Shown here: piece by piece, positions 1 to 9,694 of the stretch
Position numbering within the stretch: position 1 is the stretch's first letter
Layout: each line of letters begins with the position of its first letter
Assembly (NCBI GenBank): GCA_964468345.1
Contig: CAYXVZ010000012.1
Span: 10,122-74,121 of the forward strand
From: an uncultured Heliobacteriaceae bacterium
GTDB taxonomy: Bacteria; Acidobacteriota; Blastocatellia; RBC074
DNA: 64,000 nt
Direction of reading: 5' to 3'
Notes under the pieces: generated by a model
Databases searched by the model: none
Seen by the model: the letters and a program-made list of their open reading frames with translations, nothing else
What the model was told of the DNA's origin: nothing
Program-made: the position numbers and the translations under genes

Positions 1-1396
1 TCCCGAGAACATCTGGCTACTCAAATCGGTTTCGATTGTCGCGATGCTTGCGACGGGGTATCTGAGCTTTCGCTATCTGTCGCGGATGCGAAAGATTCCC
101 GCGCTGCCTGCATTGTTGATTTCGATGGCGGCCGTCCTGTGTCCGCCGCTGGTCTTTCTCGCGACTTCGACGGTGATGTCCGAATGCGTCTTCGCGCTGG
201 TCTTCCTGGCGACGATTGTCGCGGCCGAACAAGCTGCGCGGGCGCAGAGCGAAAGCGCGGGCCGGGCGATGGCGTTCACCCTGGCGACGGCGGCGCTGGC
301 ATCGTATGCCTTCCTGACGCGTTCGATCGCGATCGCCCTGATCGGCGGGATCTTTCTATTCTTCCTCAAAGAGCGCCTCTTTCGCGCGGCCGCTGTTTTC
401 ACGCTCGGCGTCGCACTCTTTGCGGGCCCCTGGGTGATTTATTCGCGGCTGCATGCGCCGACGCCCGAGCAGATGCGCGAACAGGGCGGGCATATCATTC
501 AGCCGTACACTATTCAATTCTGGCAGCGCGTCGCCTCCGTGACGACATCCGAACAGATATCGGCCTCGGAGCTTCCCGCGCGCGTCTGGAACAATATTCT
601 CGAAATCGCCGGCAAGGACATCCTGCGCGTCGCCGCCGCCCCGTTTTATGAGGCAATGCGAGATCCTTATAAAGAAGCGCAGCGGCTGCTCTCGCAACAA
701 CTGACCGACAAGACCGAAGACACGCTGTTCCCGTCGTACCTGTTGAGCCTGATCATGATCGTCGGCTTCGTCGCCGTGGCGCGGCAGCGCATCACCTGCG
801 CCGAGATCGTGATGCCGATGATGCTGATCATCACGGTGCTCTGGCCCTGGGAAACGATTCGCTTCATTTTGCCGCTGGCGCCGCTGCTGCTCTTTTATCT
901 CGCCATGGGCGTTCGCGCGATTGTGCAATTGATCCGCCCGGCGGCTTCAGACAAATCTTCATGGCTCGGGGCCGCGGTCACGGCGGGCCTGGTGCTCGCG
1001 ATCGGGCTGTATGGCAACGTCGGTTACATCGCGAAGAAAACGGGCGATTCGCTCGACCGGCCGCAATGGCTGCAGACTTTCGATGACGTCGAATCCATGA
1101 TGAAATGGGTCGGCCAGAACGTCCCGCAGAATGAAACGATCGTCACGCTCAATCCGCCGCTGACGTACCTGTATACCGGACACAAAACCGTGGCCTGGGA
1201 CAAACCGGCCGAGAAATGGGATCTCTGGAAACAACTGGGCATCCGTCATCTGGCCTGGTATTCGGCGTATTATGTTCCCGCGGAACCCCAGCAGCGCAAC
1301 TTCACGCCCCGGTATAACGGACGCAATCAGCTCGGATTCCAGGTCCTCGATCTCGGGCCGCCCGACACGCGCCCGTCCTGGGGAAGCGCGAAGTAA
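1..1396 (+). CDS. polytopic integral membrane protein, 3' part. The gene runs off the left edge of the window. It is glycosyltransferase-like, possibly related to YfhO or GT39 family proteins.
   Basis: The frame is open from base 2 to the stop at 1396 with no stop at the window edge. The product is very hydrophobic with multiple predicted TM helices, and the gene sits in tandem with the downstream YfhO-family gene. Confidence 0.35.
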   Translation, partial: PENIWLLKSVSIVAMLATGYLSFRYLSRMRKIPALPALLISMAAVLCPPLVFLATSTVMSECVFALVFLATIVAAEQAARAQSESAGRAMAFTLATAALASYAFLTRSIAIALIGGIFLFFLKERLFRAAAVFTLGVALFAGPWVIYSRLHAPTPEQMREQGGHIIQPYTIQFWQRVASVTTSEQISASELPARVWNNILEIAGKDILRVAAAPFYEAMRDPYKEAQRLLSQQLTDKTEDTLFPSYLLSLIMIVGFVAVARQRITCAEIVMPMMLIITVLWPWETIRFILPLAPLLLFYLAMGVRAIVQLIRPAASDKSSWLGAAVTAGLVLAIGLYGNVGYIAKKTGDSLDRPQWLQTFDDVESMMKWVGQNVPQNETIVTLNPPLTYLYTGHKTVAWDKPAEKWDLWKQLGIRHLAWYSAYYVPAEPQQRNFTPRYNGRNQLGFQVLDLGPPDTRPSWGSAK

Positions 1397-1449
1397 GCCG
1401 GGAACGCGTCCATCAACAATCATGATCAGTCCAGGAGCAAAGGCTCGAC

Positions 1450-1562
1450 AGAGAAAAAGAAACGGAACAAACGGAAATAGCGGAACAGACGGACAGAAAA
1501 CCAATATAAGCGTTTCCGTCTGTTCCGATATTTCCGTTTGTTCCGTTTCTCTTTCTTCTCTT
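1450..1562. repeat. long near-perfect inverted repeat (hairpin) between two membrane-protein genes
   Basis: The arm GAAACGGAACAAACGGAAATAGCGGAACAGACGGACAGAAA pairs with TTTCCGTCTGTTCCGATATTTCCGTTTGTTCCGTTTC. The stem is about 45 nt. Confidence 0.6.
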
Positions 1563-1619
1563 TTTACAATTCTAAGCACGCAGTTGCAGGCTATGTCCGC
1601 GGAAAGGTGAGCGCCGACC

Positions 1620-4028
1620 GTGAATCTCACAAGCTCTCGCAACGCAACCGCTCTCTCGCTTCTTTTCCTCTTCGCATTGCCGTTTGTATTCTTCTGGCGC
1701 GAAACGCTGGGCTGGACCACGCTTGGCGACAAGGACGCCGTCTTCTGGTTTTATCCCGCGTATCAGTTCGTCGCCGAGCAATTGAAACAGGGGCATCTGC
1801 CGCTGCTCACGCCATATCTTTATTGCGGTTCGCCGTTGCTGGCGGAATGGCAGGCGGGCGTGTTCGATCCGATGAACTGGATTTATTTGTTCGGCCTGAG
1901 TTCGCGCACATTGACGCTGACGCTGCAACTTAGCTTCGCGCTCGCCATGATCGCGATGTTCGCCTTTGCGCGAAGCCTCGGGCTGCGCCGCCGCGCTGCG
2001 ATCGTCGCAGGGATTATTTATGGTTTGAGCGGCTTCGCCGTGGGCCGCGCGATCTATCCGGGCTTCCTTCATATCTTCGCGCTGGCGCCGCTGGTGCTCT
2101 GCTTCACGGAGCGTCTTTATAAAAATGGCCGATGGCGCGATTGCGTCGGCGGCGCGCTGATCGTCGCGTGGCAGGTCTTCGCCGCGCATCCGCAGCCGCT
2201 GGTTTACTCTTCGCTGCTCGCAAGCGCCTATGCGCTTTATTGCGCTTTCCTGCGGGGCAAAGTCGATCGGCTCTCTTTTCTCTTTCTCGCGAAGTTTTCC
2301 GTCCTCTTTCTCGCCGGCGCCGGCCTCGCGGCCATACAGCTTTTTCCCGCGGCCGAATTCGCGCGCGAATCCGTGCGCCGCGAATGGCCGTTTGAACTCT
2401 TCACCCTGCATTCGCTGCACCCGGCATCGCTGGCGACGACGCTCGTGCCCTTTTTTCACGGCGAGGGAAAAGGGATGTTTCAGATGCCGTATTGGGGACC
2501 GTACTGGCACAACAACGAAGGACAGATTTACCTCGGTGTGATCGCGCTTTCGCTGGCGATTTCTGGAGCCGCAATGGCTTGGCGCTTTCGCGGCGACACG
2601 GGCCGGTTCTGGAGCTTCGTCGCGATCGCCGGCACGATTCTCGCGATGGGGCGATATTCCGGGCCGATCGCGAAACTGCTCTTTCACATCCCGATCCTCG
2701 GGCAGTTTCGCAGCCCCAATCGCCACTGGCTCGAAGTCACCTTGGCTGTGGCCGTTCTGGCCGGCCTTGCCGTCGATCGATTGCTTCGCGAAGAGGCCAG
2801 ACACATGGCGCGCGTCATCGTGGCGACGGCGATCGGCCTTGCGGTGATCTGCGCAGCAATGGCTCTGTGCGTTTTGAAATGGCCGCAAGCGGCGGAAGGC
2901 CTGCTGCGATCGCTGCCGGATCTGGCCGCCTTGCCGCCCGGCTTTTTGCAGGCCGCGGGCGCGGAATTCGTGGCGCCGGCGATCGCCGCCGTAATCGCTA
3001 CGCTCGCGCTCGGACTGTTTGTCCGGCGTCCTTTGCATCGTATTTCATACGGGATTTTATTGGGCATTCTGATCGCGGACTTCCAGGTCTATGCGTTGTA
3101 TGCGCCGATCAACAATCCCGCAAAACTCGAAACACTGCTCGGCAAGGCGATGCCGGCAGCACTTGCGGCGCAGCAAAGCGAACAGAGTCCGATCCGCTAT
3201 CACATCATGCTCGATGCCTCGACGGGCGAATTCAATCCGTTCTGGTTTTACGGGCATGAAATGGCCACGGGCTATGATCCGCTGCTCAGCCAGCAGCGCA
3301 AGATCTTTCTCGGCATCGACGAAGCCGGCCGCACCTTCAATGAAAGCATGCTCGATGCGCGGGATCGAACGCTCGATCTGCTCAACGTCCGCTATGTCCT
3401 GGTTCGCGAAGGATTCACCGCGCCGCTTGACCCCGCGCGCTGGGCTGAGCTTCCCACGCGAAGCGAGGTTTTGCCGTATAAGGAGTACCGCATCTTCGAA
3501 AACCGCCGCGTCCAGCCGCGCGCCTGGCTTGTCGATCGCGTCGAAGTAAATTGGGAAGGCGACCAGCACAAAAAGATCCGCGGTCAGATCGCGAGCTTCG
3601 ATCCCGCGAAAGCCGCGCTGGTCGAACCTGTGCAGGATGGAACGGACGCATGGTACAGGCGATACGAACTGCCCGCGGAATCGACCGCTTCGCAGGGGAC
3701 CGCACAAATTCTCCAGCGCCGTCCGGGTCATCTGGTCATTGAGACGAACGCGGCCCGTCCCGCCCTTCTTGTCCTCAGTGAAATTGCGCAACCCGGCTGG
3801 AAGGCGCTCATCGACGGCCGACCTGTGCCATGGCGCCGTGTGGACTTCCTGTTGCGCGCGGTGGCCCTGGAAGCCCCCGGCAGGCACACGGTCGAATTCA
3901 TTTATGATCCGGCATCCGTGAAAACTGGAATGATTGTGAGCCTGCTGACGGCTCTGGGGTTGCTCTTTATTTGGATGTGCACGCGTCCCCGCCTGGGTAC
4001 GCACGCGTCCCCGCGTTCTATAAAATAA
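1620..4028 (+). CDS. YfhO-family bacterial membrane protein (802 aa)
   Basis: GTG start. The N-terminal two thirds are polytopic and the C-terminal domain is soluble. The conserved N-terminal YfhO-like region reads FWRETLGW...DAVFWFYPAYQF...LLTPYLYCGSPLLAEWQAGVFDPMNW. Confidence 0.65.
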   Translation: MNLTSSRNATALSLLFLFALPFVFFWRETLGWTTLGDKDAVFWFYPAYQFVAEQLKQGHLPLLTPYLYCGSPLLAEWQAGVFDPMNWIYLFGLSSRTLTLTLQLSFALAMIAMFAFARSLGLRRRAAIVAGIIYGLSGFAVGRAIYPGFLHIFALAPLVLCFTERLYKNGRWRDCVGGALIVAWQVFAAHPQPLVYSSLLASAYALYCAFLRGKVDRLSFLFLAKFSVLFLAGAGLAAIQLFPAAEFARESVRREWPFELFTLHSLHPASLATTLVPFFHGEGKGMFQMPYWGPYWHNNEGQIYLGVIALSLAISGAAMAWRFRGDTGRFWSFVAIAGTILAMGRYSGPIAKLLFHIPILGQFRSPNRHWLEVTLAVAVLAGLAVDRLLREEARHMARVIVATAIGLAVICAAMALCVLKWPQAAEGLLRSLPDLAALPPGFLQAAGAEFVAPAIAAVIATLALGLFVRRPLHRISYGILLGILIADFQVYALYAPINNPAKLETLLGKAMPAALAAQQSEQSPIRYHIMLDASTGEFNPFWFYGHEMATGYDPLLSQQRKIFLGIDEAGRTFNESMLDARDRTLDLLNVRYVLVREGFTAPLDPARWAELPTRSEVLPYKEYRIFENRRVQPRAWLVDRVEVNWEGDQHKKIRGQIASFDPAKAALVEPVQDGTDAWYRRYELPAESTASQGTAQILQRRPGHLVIETNAARPALLVLSEIAQPGWKALIDGRPVPWRRVDFLLRAVALEAPGRHTVEFIYDPASVKTGMIVSLLTALGLLFIWMCTRPRLGTHASPRSIK

Positions 4029-4119
4029 AAGCCGCGAAGCGCTCCTTATTTCAGTCAGGATAAGGAGCGCTTCGCGGTTTTTATTTTATAGCACGCGGGG
4101 ACGCGTGCGTACCCAGGGT
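3992..4119. terminator. 128-bp near-perfect palindrome acting as a bidirectional terminator between convergent genes
   Basis: GGGTACGCACGCGTCCCCGCGTTCTATAAAATAAAAGCCGCGAAGCGCTCCTTA faces its exact reverse complement across the loop TTTCAGTCAGGA. It overlaps the stop of the YfhO gene and lies 2 nt from the stop of the minus-strand gene 4121..5038. Confidence 0.6.
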
Positions 4120-4120
4120 G

Positions 4121-5038
4121 TTACGGCTTCGGCCGGGTCGGCTTGGCCTTCGGGTCTTCTTTCTTTGGCTCTTCCTTCTTGGCGTTCGGCTTCACTTCGC
4201 CTTCCTTGCCTTTTTCATCTTCTTTGACTTCCTCGACATCGAGAATCTTCACGTCAGACTGGAATCGGCGATAGTTCTTGTACTTGATCACCATCTTCAC
4301 GTGCAGCGAGCCGCCGTCCGGGAAGAACAGCTTGTCGTCGCTATAAGTGTACGTCGGCAGCCAATATCGTTCGTCGATGTTCTCGCGATAGGTTTCGAAT
4401 TTCGGAAATCGCTGTTTGAATTCCGGGACGACTTTGCCGGCGGTCTTGACGATTTGCAGGTCCTCGTCGTCAACGTAGATTCGGCCTTGGAAGTATTTGC
4501 CCTCGATCTTCTTGTCCTTCATTCGGTTCAATTCACGCTGGTCCGTCATGACCTTGGGTGTGACTTCGAAGACGTGGCAATTCAACTCATCAACCTTTTC
4601 CTTGCCGACATAGCTCAACTTGTAGTTGGGCAATTCCTCCGCCGAGAGAGCGAAGGGCTGCAGGTTGATCAGGGCGTTTTTGTCTTCCTGGGTCAGAATG
4701 CCATATTGCTCCAGGGCGGACGGCGGCGCTTTCAGAATCCGTTGAATGCGCGCGCCCGAGTCGTTGAACACAAACTCAGAGAGTTGGTAATACTCCCCCG
4801 TGATCGTGTTGGCCGGTCCTAAGGCCTGGATCTTCGATTCCTGCTGATAGGAATATTCCTTCCAGATTTCCCGCAGTTCGCTTTCCTTGGTCGTGAATTT
4901 CTTGATGATCTCTTCCGGCGGAAGATTCTTTTGCGCCGCCGGGGTCGGATCGTTTGCCCGAAGCCGGGCCGAAACTGGTGCTAGTGAGACGAGCAACGCA
5001 AGCGCAACGACGCTCGCATACAGTGAAATTCTCATCAT
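4121..5038 (-). CDS. hypothetical exported protein (signal peptide, Lys/Glu-rich C-terminal tail)
   Basis: Single long ORF with the N-terminal signal peptide MMRISLYASVVALALLVSLAPVSA. No recognisable catalytic motif. Confidence 0.5.
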   Translation of the reverse strand: MMRISLYASVVALALLVSLAPVSARLRANDPTPAAQKNLPPEEIIKKFTTKESELREIWKEYSYQQESKIQALGPANTITGEYYQLSEFVFNDSGARIQRILKAPPSALEQYGILTQEDKNALINLQPFALSAEELPNYKLSYVGKEKVDELNCHVFEVTPKVMTDQRELNRMKDKKIEGKYFQGRIYVDDEDLQIVKTAGKVVPEFKQRFPKFETYRENIDERYWLPTYTYSDDKLFFPDGGSLHVKMVIKYKNYRRFQSDVKILDVEEVKEDEKGKEGEVKPNAKKEEPKKEDPKAKPTRPKP

Positions 5039-5170
5039 TCAGATTCCCCCCTCGACATTGTCTTTCAAGTGGTGCCGGCTCCGGCGTTTCCGTCAGCCCG
5101 CACATTTAAGTATAGCGAAGAACGCTGCTTCGCGACAGTTTGAACGAGCCGGACGGGAGCGGCTTGCAGA

Positions 5171-5340
5171 GGTCTGGAAAAGTCTCGGGAAGTCTGGAGA
5201 GGTCTAGAGAAGTCTTTCACTCCACATTGCGTTTTGGACCCCAGGGTGAGACTTCTCCAGACTTTTCAAGACTTTTCAAGACTTTTCCAGACTTCCCCAG
5301 ACTTCCCCAGACTTCCCCAGACTTCCCCAGACTCCTACTC
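5171..5340. repeat. inverted array of decamer repeats (GTCTGGAGAA / AGACTTCCCC units, 10-bp period), family B copy 1
   Basis: AGACTTCCCC occurs four times in tandem and faces GGTCTGGAAAAGTCTCGGGAAGTCTGGAGAGGTCTAGAGAAGTCT on the other arm. The array is intergenic, between the recX stop and the start of gene 4121..5038. Confidence 0.7.
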
Positions 5341-5829
5341 CTCAAACATCCCCTCCGGATTCCGCGTCACGTCGCGAATCTTGCGGCGGACCAGGTCGTA
5401 TTGGAAGCCACGCCGCATCAGATAATCGAAAAGCTTTTTGATTTCCTCGGGCGTCCGCGGGATGCCTTTGAGGCGGATTCGTTTTTCCAGGGCGGTGGTG
5501 AGCAGGGCCTCTTCGTCGTGCTCTTCGTAAGCCTGCTCGAGCGCCTCTTCGACGGCCTGGGCGGGCAACTTTTTCCGCTGCAGATCGCGGCGGAGCCGCA
5601 CCCGGCCGAGCGGTTTCATCGTCAGGCGCGAGTTTGCAAAGTTTGCGGCGAACTGTTCGTCGTTCAGATACCCGAGTTCCCGCAAGCGCTCGATGACTTG
5701 TTCGATGCTCTGGGCATCGGCCCATTCCTTTTCGGCCAGCCGCGATCGCATCTCGGCGATCGTCCGGGGCTTATAGGAAAGCAGCCGCAGGGCCCGCTCC
5801 ATGGTCTTTTCATAAGGTGTTTTGGCCAC
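5335..5829 (-). CDS. recX: recombination regulator RecX
   Basis: 164-aa product with the characteristic three-repeat helical architecture and RecX-like motifs (KTMERALRLLSYKPRTIAEMRSRL, LGYLNDEQFAANFA). Confidence 0.75.
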   Translation of the reverse strand: MAKTPYEKTMERALRLLSYKPRTIAEMRSRLAEKEWADAQSIEQVIERLRELGYLNDEQFAANFANSRLTMKPLGRVRLRRDLQRKKLPAQAVEEALEQAYEEHDEEALLTTALEKRIRLKGIPRTPEEIKKLFDYLMRRGFQYDLVRRKIRDVTRNPEGMFEE

Positions 5830-5929
5830 GGCAGAAATGGTAGGGAAGATTTACGAATTTGCAACTTGCGTGATATATTGCGGCTTACGCTTTTCGATCA
5901 ATTTATCCCGCTAATTCGAGGTTAAACCA

Positions 5930-6679
5930 ATGTCAGGGCATAGTAAATGGCATACAATCAAGCATAAGAAAGGCGCGCTCGATGCCAAGCGCGGAAAGCT
6001 CTTCACCAAGCTGATCAAGGAACTCACAATCGCGGCCCGCACGGGCGGCACGGGCGATCCGAATCAGAACCCCCGCCTTCGCAAGGCCGTCAACGACGCC
6101 AAGGGCGCGAACATGCCGAACGATACGATCGACAGGGCCATTCGACGCGGGACGGGCGAAGAAGAAGGCGTGCAGTACGATGAAATCACGTACGAGGGCT
6201 ATGGCCCCGGCGGCGTCGCGGTGATGGTCGAGACCACGACAGACAACCGAAATCGCACGGTGTCCGAGCTTCGTCACCTGTTTTCAAAAAACGGCGGCAA
6301 CCTCGGTGAATCCGGATCGGTCGCGTGGATTTTCCATAAAAAGGGCCAGATCATCCTCGATGCCACGCTAAAGGGCGAAGATGAAATGATGGAACTCGCC
6401 CTCGATGCCGGGGCGGAAGATATGACGAACGACGGCGAAACCTACCAGATTCTCACGGCGCCCGAAGATTTCCACGCCGTGCTCGATAAGGTCAAGGCAG
6501 CAGGCCTCGAGCCCATGTCATCCTCGATTGCGCTGATCCCGCAAAACACCATCAAGCTCGAAGGCTCGCAGGCGAACCAGATGCTGAAATTGTACGACGC
6601 CCTGGACGATCACGACGACGTCCAGAACGTCTATGCCAATTTCGAAATGGACGAGGCCACGATGCAGCAGCAAGCGTAA
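5930..6679 (+). CDS. yebC: YebC/PmpR family DNA-binding transcriptional regulator
   Basis: N-terminus MSGHSKWHTIKHKKGALDAKRGKLFTKLIKE is diagnostic for YebC/TACO1. Product is 249 aa. Confidence 0.9.
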   Translation: MSGHSKWHTIKHKKGALDAKRGKLFTKLIKELTIAARTGGTGDPNQNPRLRKAVNDAKGANMPNDTIDRAIRRGTGEEEGVQYDEITYEGYGPGGVAVMVETTTDNRNRTVSELRHLFSKNGGNLGESGSVAWIFHKKGQIILDATLKGEDEMMELALDAGAEDMTNDGETYQILTAPEDFHAVLDKVKAAGLEPMSSSIALIPQNTIKLEGSQANQMLKLYDALDDHDDVQNVYANFEMDEATMQQQA

Positions 6680-6680
6680 G

Positions 6681-6755
6681 CGAGTCTGGCGTCCGGAGTC
6701 CGGAGTCACATTGCCGGAATCGACTCCAGACTCGGGACTTCAGACTCCGGACTCT
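6681..6755. repeat. family B inverted decamer-type repeat, copy 2 (between yebC and recU)
   Basis: GAGTCTGGCGTCCGGAGTCCGGAGTCACATTGCCGGAATCGACTCCAGACTCGGGACTTCAGACTCCGGACTC. Confidence 0.6.
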
Positions 6756-6757
6756 TT

Positions 6758-7456
6758 ATGGATATCAAGCGGCGCGGCGCGGAAACGGGCAGTGCGTTTC
6801 AAGAGGCGCTCAATCGAACCAATGAAGCCTACGAGCGTCTGGGGCGCGCCTGCATCACCCGCAAAGCCATTCCGGGAAAATATCTGATCGAACGGGGAGA
6901 GAAACGCCGCGGGCTTTCGCTCCCCTCGATTGAACTCACACCGATCAAAGGCCAGGCCCGCCTGGCGTCCGCAAAGCTCAGCCAGCTTCTCGACAAAAAT
7001 CAGAATGGCCGGAAATTCATTCCCGAATCGAAGGCCGAGCCCGACTACGGCGGCGTGCTCGCGCCCGATGGGCGGGGAATTTTTTACGACGCCAAGACCA
7101 CCCGGCGCGAAGTTTTGGATTTCGACAATCTACATGCCCATCAGATCACGTATCTGGAAAGGACGGCGGCTTGCGGCGCGGTCGCGGGCTTTCTGGTCGA
7201 ATTCAGCCGGCGAGGGGAAGTCTATTTTCTTCCCATTCAGATTCTGATCTGCTGGCGCGACCAGAGTGAACGCAAAAGCCTGCCGTACCAGTTTTTCGCG
7301 GATGCGCTGTGCCAGGCGCGGGCGGGCAAGGGGATGGTGTTGTTTGATTACCTCGATGCCATTGAGGAGCAGGAGAATCGATATGGCCACGATTATTCCC
7401 GCTTTCAATTGACCGAAGCCCATACGCGCTCCACGCGCAAATCCGCAACGCGATAA
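6758..7456 (+). CDS. recU: Holliday junction resolvase RecU-like protein
   Basis: FYDAKTTRREVLDFDNLHAHQITYLER aligns to the B. subtilis RecU catalytic segment ([28 protein letters not shown]). The gene occupies the position after yebC where ruvC normally sits. Confidence 0.65.
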   Translation: MDIKRRGAETGSAFQEALNRTNEAYERLGRACITRKAIPGKYLIERGEKRRGLSLPSIELTPIKGQARLASAKLSQLLDKNQNGRKFIPESKAEPDYGGVLAPDGRGIFYDAKTTRREVLDFDNLHAHQITYLERTAACGAVAGFLVEFSRRGEVYFLPIQILICWRDQSERKSLPYQFFADALCQARAGKGMVLFDYLDAIEEQENRYGHDYSRFQLTEAHTRSTRKSATR

Positions 7457-7515
7457 TCCCTGTCGCGGCGACTGGAACCCTACAAACAACTCATACCGGA
7501 GAAGGAAGGGAAGCG

Positions 7516-8226
7516 ATGTGCTCCGTTCGCCCTTTGATGGGCCTATTTCTGTCCATGCTGCTCTTGATGGGAGCCGCACACGCGCAAGCCAAACGAAAAG
7601 TTGTCATCCCCGGCCAGCGGGCCTTTGTCGTTGACGAGCGGTTGTCCGCCTTGCGCGAGAAGCCGGATTCGCGCGCGACGCTTACGCAGCGGTTGCGGCG
7701 GGGACGCGCCGTGGGAATTCTCGGGACGGCAACGAACCGGGAAGGGAAACGGTTTTTCCAGGTCGCCGTCAGCCGGAATCGGCGCGGCTGGATTCTCGGC
7801 GAAGCCCTCGCGCGCCCCGGCCAGCGAACCGATGCCGAGCGAATGCTGGCGCTGCTGGAAGAGACGGACGACGATTTCGCGCGCGCCCGACTGGCGCGGC
7901 TCTGCGCGGATGAGTTTCGTCTCGCGCCAGTCGCGCCGCGGGCTTTGTTGTCTCTGGCGAAATCCGCCGAGAGCGCGGCCGATCGGCTGACCCGCGATGC
8001 GAAACGAAGACTGGTTTCGCTCGCACCGGCGAAAGCGCTCGGCAAACGCGATTACTTTTTGAATCACGCGGGCCTCGATCGATACAACCGGATCGGCGTG
8101 TTGTTCGAATACGACGAAGGGCAGGACCGGCTCGTATACGACGGCGCGGCCTATCGCGAATTGCTTCGCCGCTATCCGAAGAGCGACGAGGCGCGGATCG
8201 CGATGGAGAAGGCGGCGAAGCGGTAA
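7516..8226 (+). CDS. hypothetical secreted protein
   Basis: Signal peptide MCSVRPLMGLFLSMLLLMGAAHAQA. No recognisable catalytic motif. Confidence 0.45.
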   Translation: MCSVRPLMGLFLSMLLLMGAAHAQAKRKVVIPGQRAFVVDERLSALREKPDSRATLTQRLRRGRAVGILGTATNREGKRFFQVAVSRNRRGWILGEALARPGQRTDAERMLALLEETDDDFARARLARLCADEFRLAPVAPRALLSLAKSAESAADRLTRDAKRRLVSLAPAKALGKRDYFLNHAGLDRYNRIGVLFEYDEGQDRLVYDGAAYRELLRRYPKSDEARIAMEKAAKR

Positions 8227-8417
8227 GAACGTTTGCCAATAATGGCGAATCATTTCCGGTTTTTTAGGAACCCGGAGGGTTCTGAGCGATTAGCCGGTGG
8301 CCCGGCGAAGCGATACCACCGGGCGCGATGTGAAGAATGCCCGCATCCCGAAGGGATGCCAGATAAATGAATTGGGGAGTTTGGGAATTTTGATTTTCCC
8401 GCGCGCTTCATGATTCA

Positions 8418-8792
8418 TCATTCGTCCCGAAAACCTTTTCCGCGCGTGCGCTTGATTTCGCTCTTCTTGCGTTTCTCATCCACGCGTTTTTGTTTGGCGG
8501 CGCGGGAAGGTTTGGTGGCGCGGCGTTTCTTTTGGACGACCTGCATGGCTTCGAGTTTTTCCGCCAAGCGTTCATAGGCCGCATCGCGATTGGCGGATTG
8601 CGAGCGGCGTTCGGTCGCCGTGACGACGAGGCCGCTGGGGCGGTGCGTGAGGCGGACGGCGGTTTCGACCTTGTTCCGGTGCTGGCCGCCGGGGCCGCCG
8701 GCGATGAAAAATTCCATGTCGCAATCCCGTTCGAGCGATTCACGGTCTGTCGGGTAGGTCGGCATAAGGGGTTCTTCAGTCCTCGGTTTCAA
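8418..8792 (-). CDS. arfB: alternative ribosome-rescue factor ArfB (peptidyl-tRNA hydrolase with GGQ motif)
   Basis: GGPGGQHRNKVETAVRLTH carries the GGQ motif, followed by the basic C-terminal tail (KKRRATKPSRAAKQKRVDEKRKK) typical of ArfB/YaeJ. Confidence 0.75.
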   Translation of the reverse strand: MKPRTEEPLMPTYPTDRESLERDCDMEFFIAGGPGGQHRNKVETAVRLTHRPSGLVVTATERRSQSANRDAAYERLAEKLEAMQVVQKKRRATKPSRAAKQKRVDEKRKKSEIKRTRGKGFRDE

Positions 8793-8950
8793 TCGATAGG
8801 GAAAATTCGTTTCATTTCGAGAGGATTATACAAAACTATTGCCTTGCGGCGTGCGGATAGGCGAAGATGAGGCTTTAATTCTGTTCCTGTAGCCGACTCG
8901 TCCCCCAAAGCTGCAAGAATGTTTTGTTGGCTGGTCCGAAGGCAGTATTT

Positions 8951-9694
8951 ATGGCAAGAATTCTGGTAACGAATGACGACGGATATTTTTCAACGGGGAT
9001 CGCGGCGCTGACGCAGGAACTGGAATTGATCGGCGAGGTCTATGTGGTCGCGCCGGCGTCCGAGCAGAGCGCGACGGCGCATTCTTTGACACTGACGCGT
9101 CCCTTGCGGGTGCGGGAGAACGGCGAGCGCCGGTATTCCGTGGATGGAACACCGACGGATTGTGTCTTGCTGGCGTTGACGAAGATCCTGCCTTTTCGTC
9201 CGGATATTGTCGTTTCGGGAATCAATCACGGCGCCAATCTCGGCGATGATGTGACTTATTCGGGAACGGTGGCCGGCGCTTTCGAAGCCGCTATTTTCAA
9301 GCTGCCCGGCATTGCCGTCAGCCTGACCGCGCGCGATGGCGATTTTAGCCCCGCGGCCCGTTTTGCGGCGGGACTGACGGAAAAAGTTCTTCGCGAAGGA
9401 TTGCCCGAAGACACGATTTTAAACGTGAACGTTCCACCGGGAGAGATTCGCGGGGCGCGCTATACGCGGCAGGGAAAGGCCTCTTCCACACCGGAGATCA
9501 TTGAAGGCACCGATCCGCGCGGCAAAAATTATTACTGGATCGGCGTGCAGAAAATTTCATGGAAGGAAGATCCGCTTTCTGACTTTGCCGCGATCGGCGA
9601 AGGGCTGGTTTCGGTGACGCCGCTTCGCACGGACCTGACGGATGAAAATGCGCTTGAAATTTTACGAGCCAGAAATGGGTTTTCGCTTGAATGA
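8951..9694 (+). CDS. surE: 5'/3'-nucleotidase SurE
   Basis: N-terminus MARILVTNDDGY is the hallmark of SurE. The classic surE-pcm pair is present. Confidence 0.9.
   Translation: MARILVTNDDGYFSTGIAALTQELELIGEVYVVAPASEQSATAHSLTLTRPLRVRENGERRYSVDGTPTDCVLLALTKILPFRPDIVVSGINHGANLGDDVTYSGTVAGAFEAAIFKLPGIAVSLTARDGDFSPAARFAAGLTEKVLREGLPEDTILNVNVPPGEIRGARYTRQGKASSTPEIIEGTDPRGKNYYWIGVQKISWKEDPLSDFAAIGEGLVSVTPLRTDLTDENALEILRARNGFSLE

Noticed and set aside
7130-8253. Several overlapping 130-240-aa ORFs on both strands over the hypothetical secreted protein gene 7516..8226
   Set aside because: They are Arg/Ala/Ser-rich translations of alternative frames. Only the frame with a signal peptide and balanced composition was kept.
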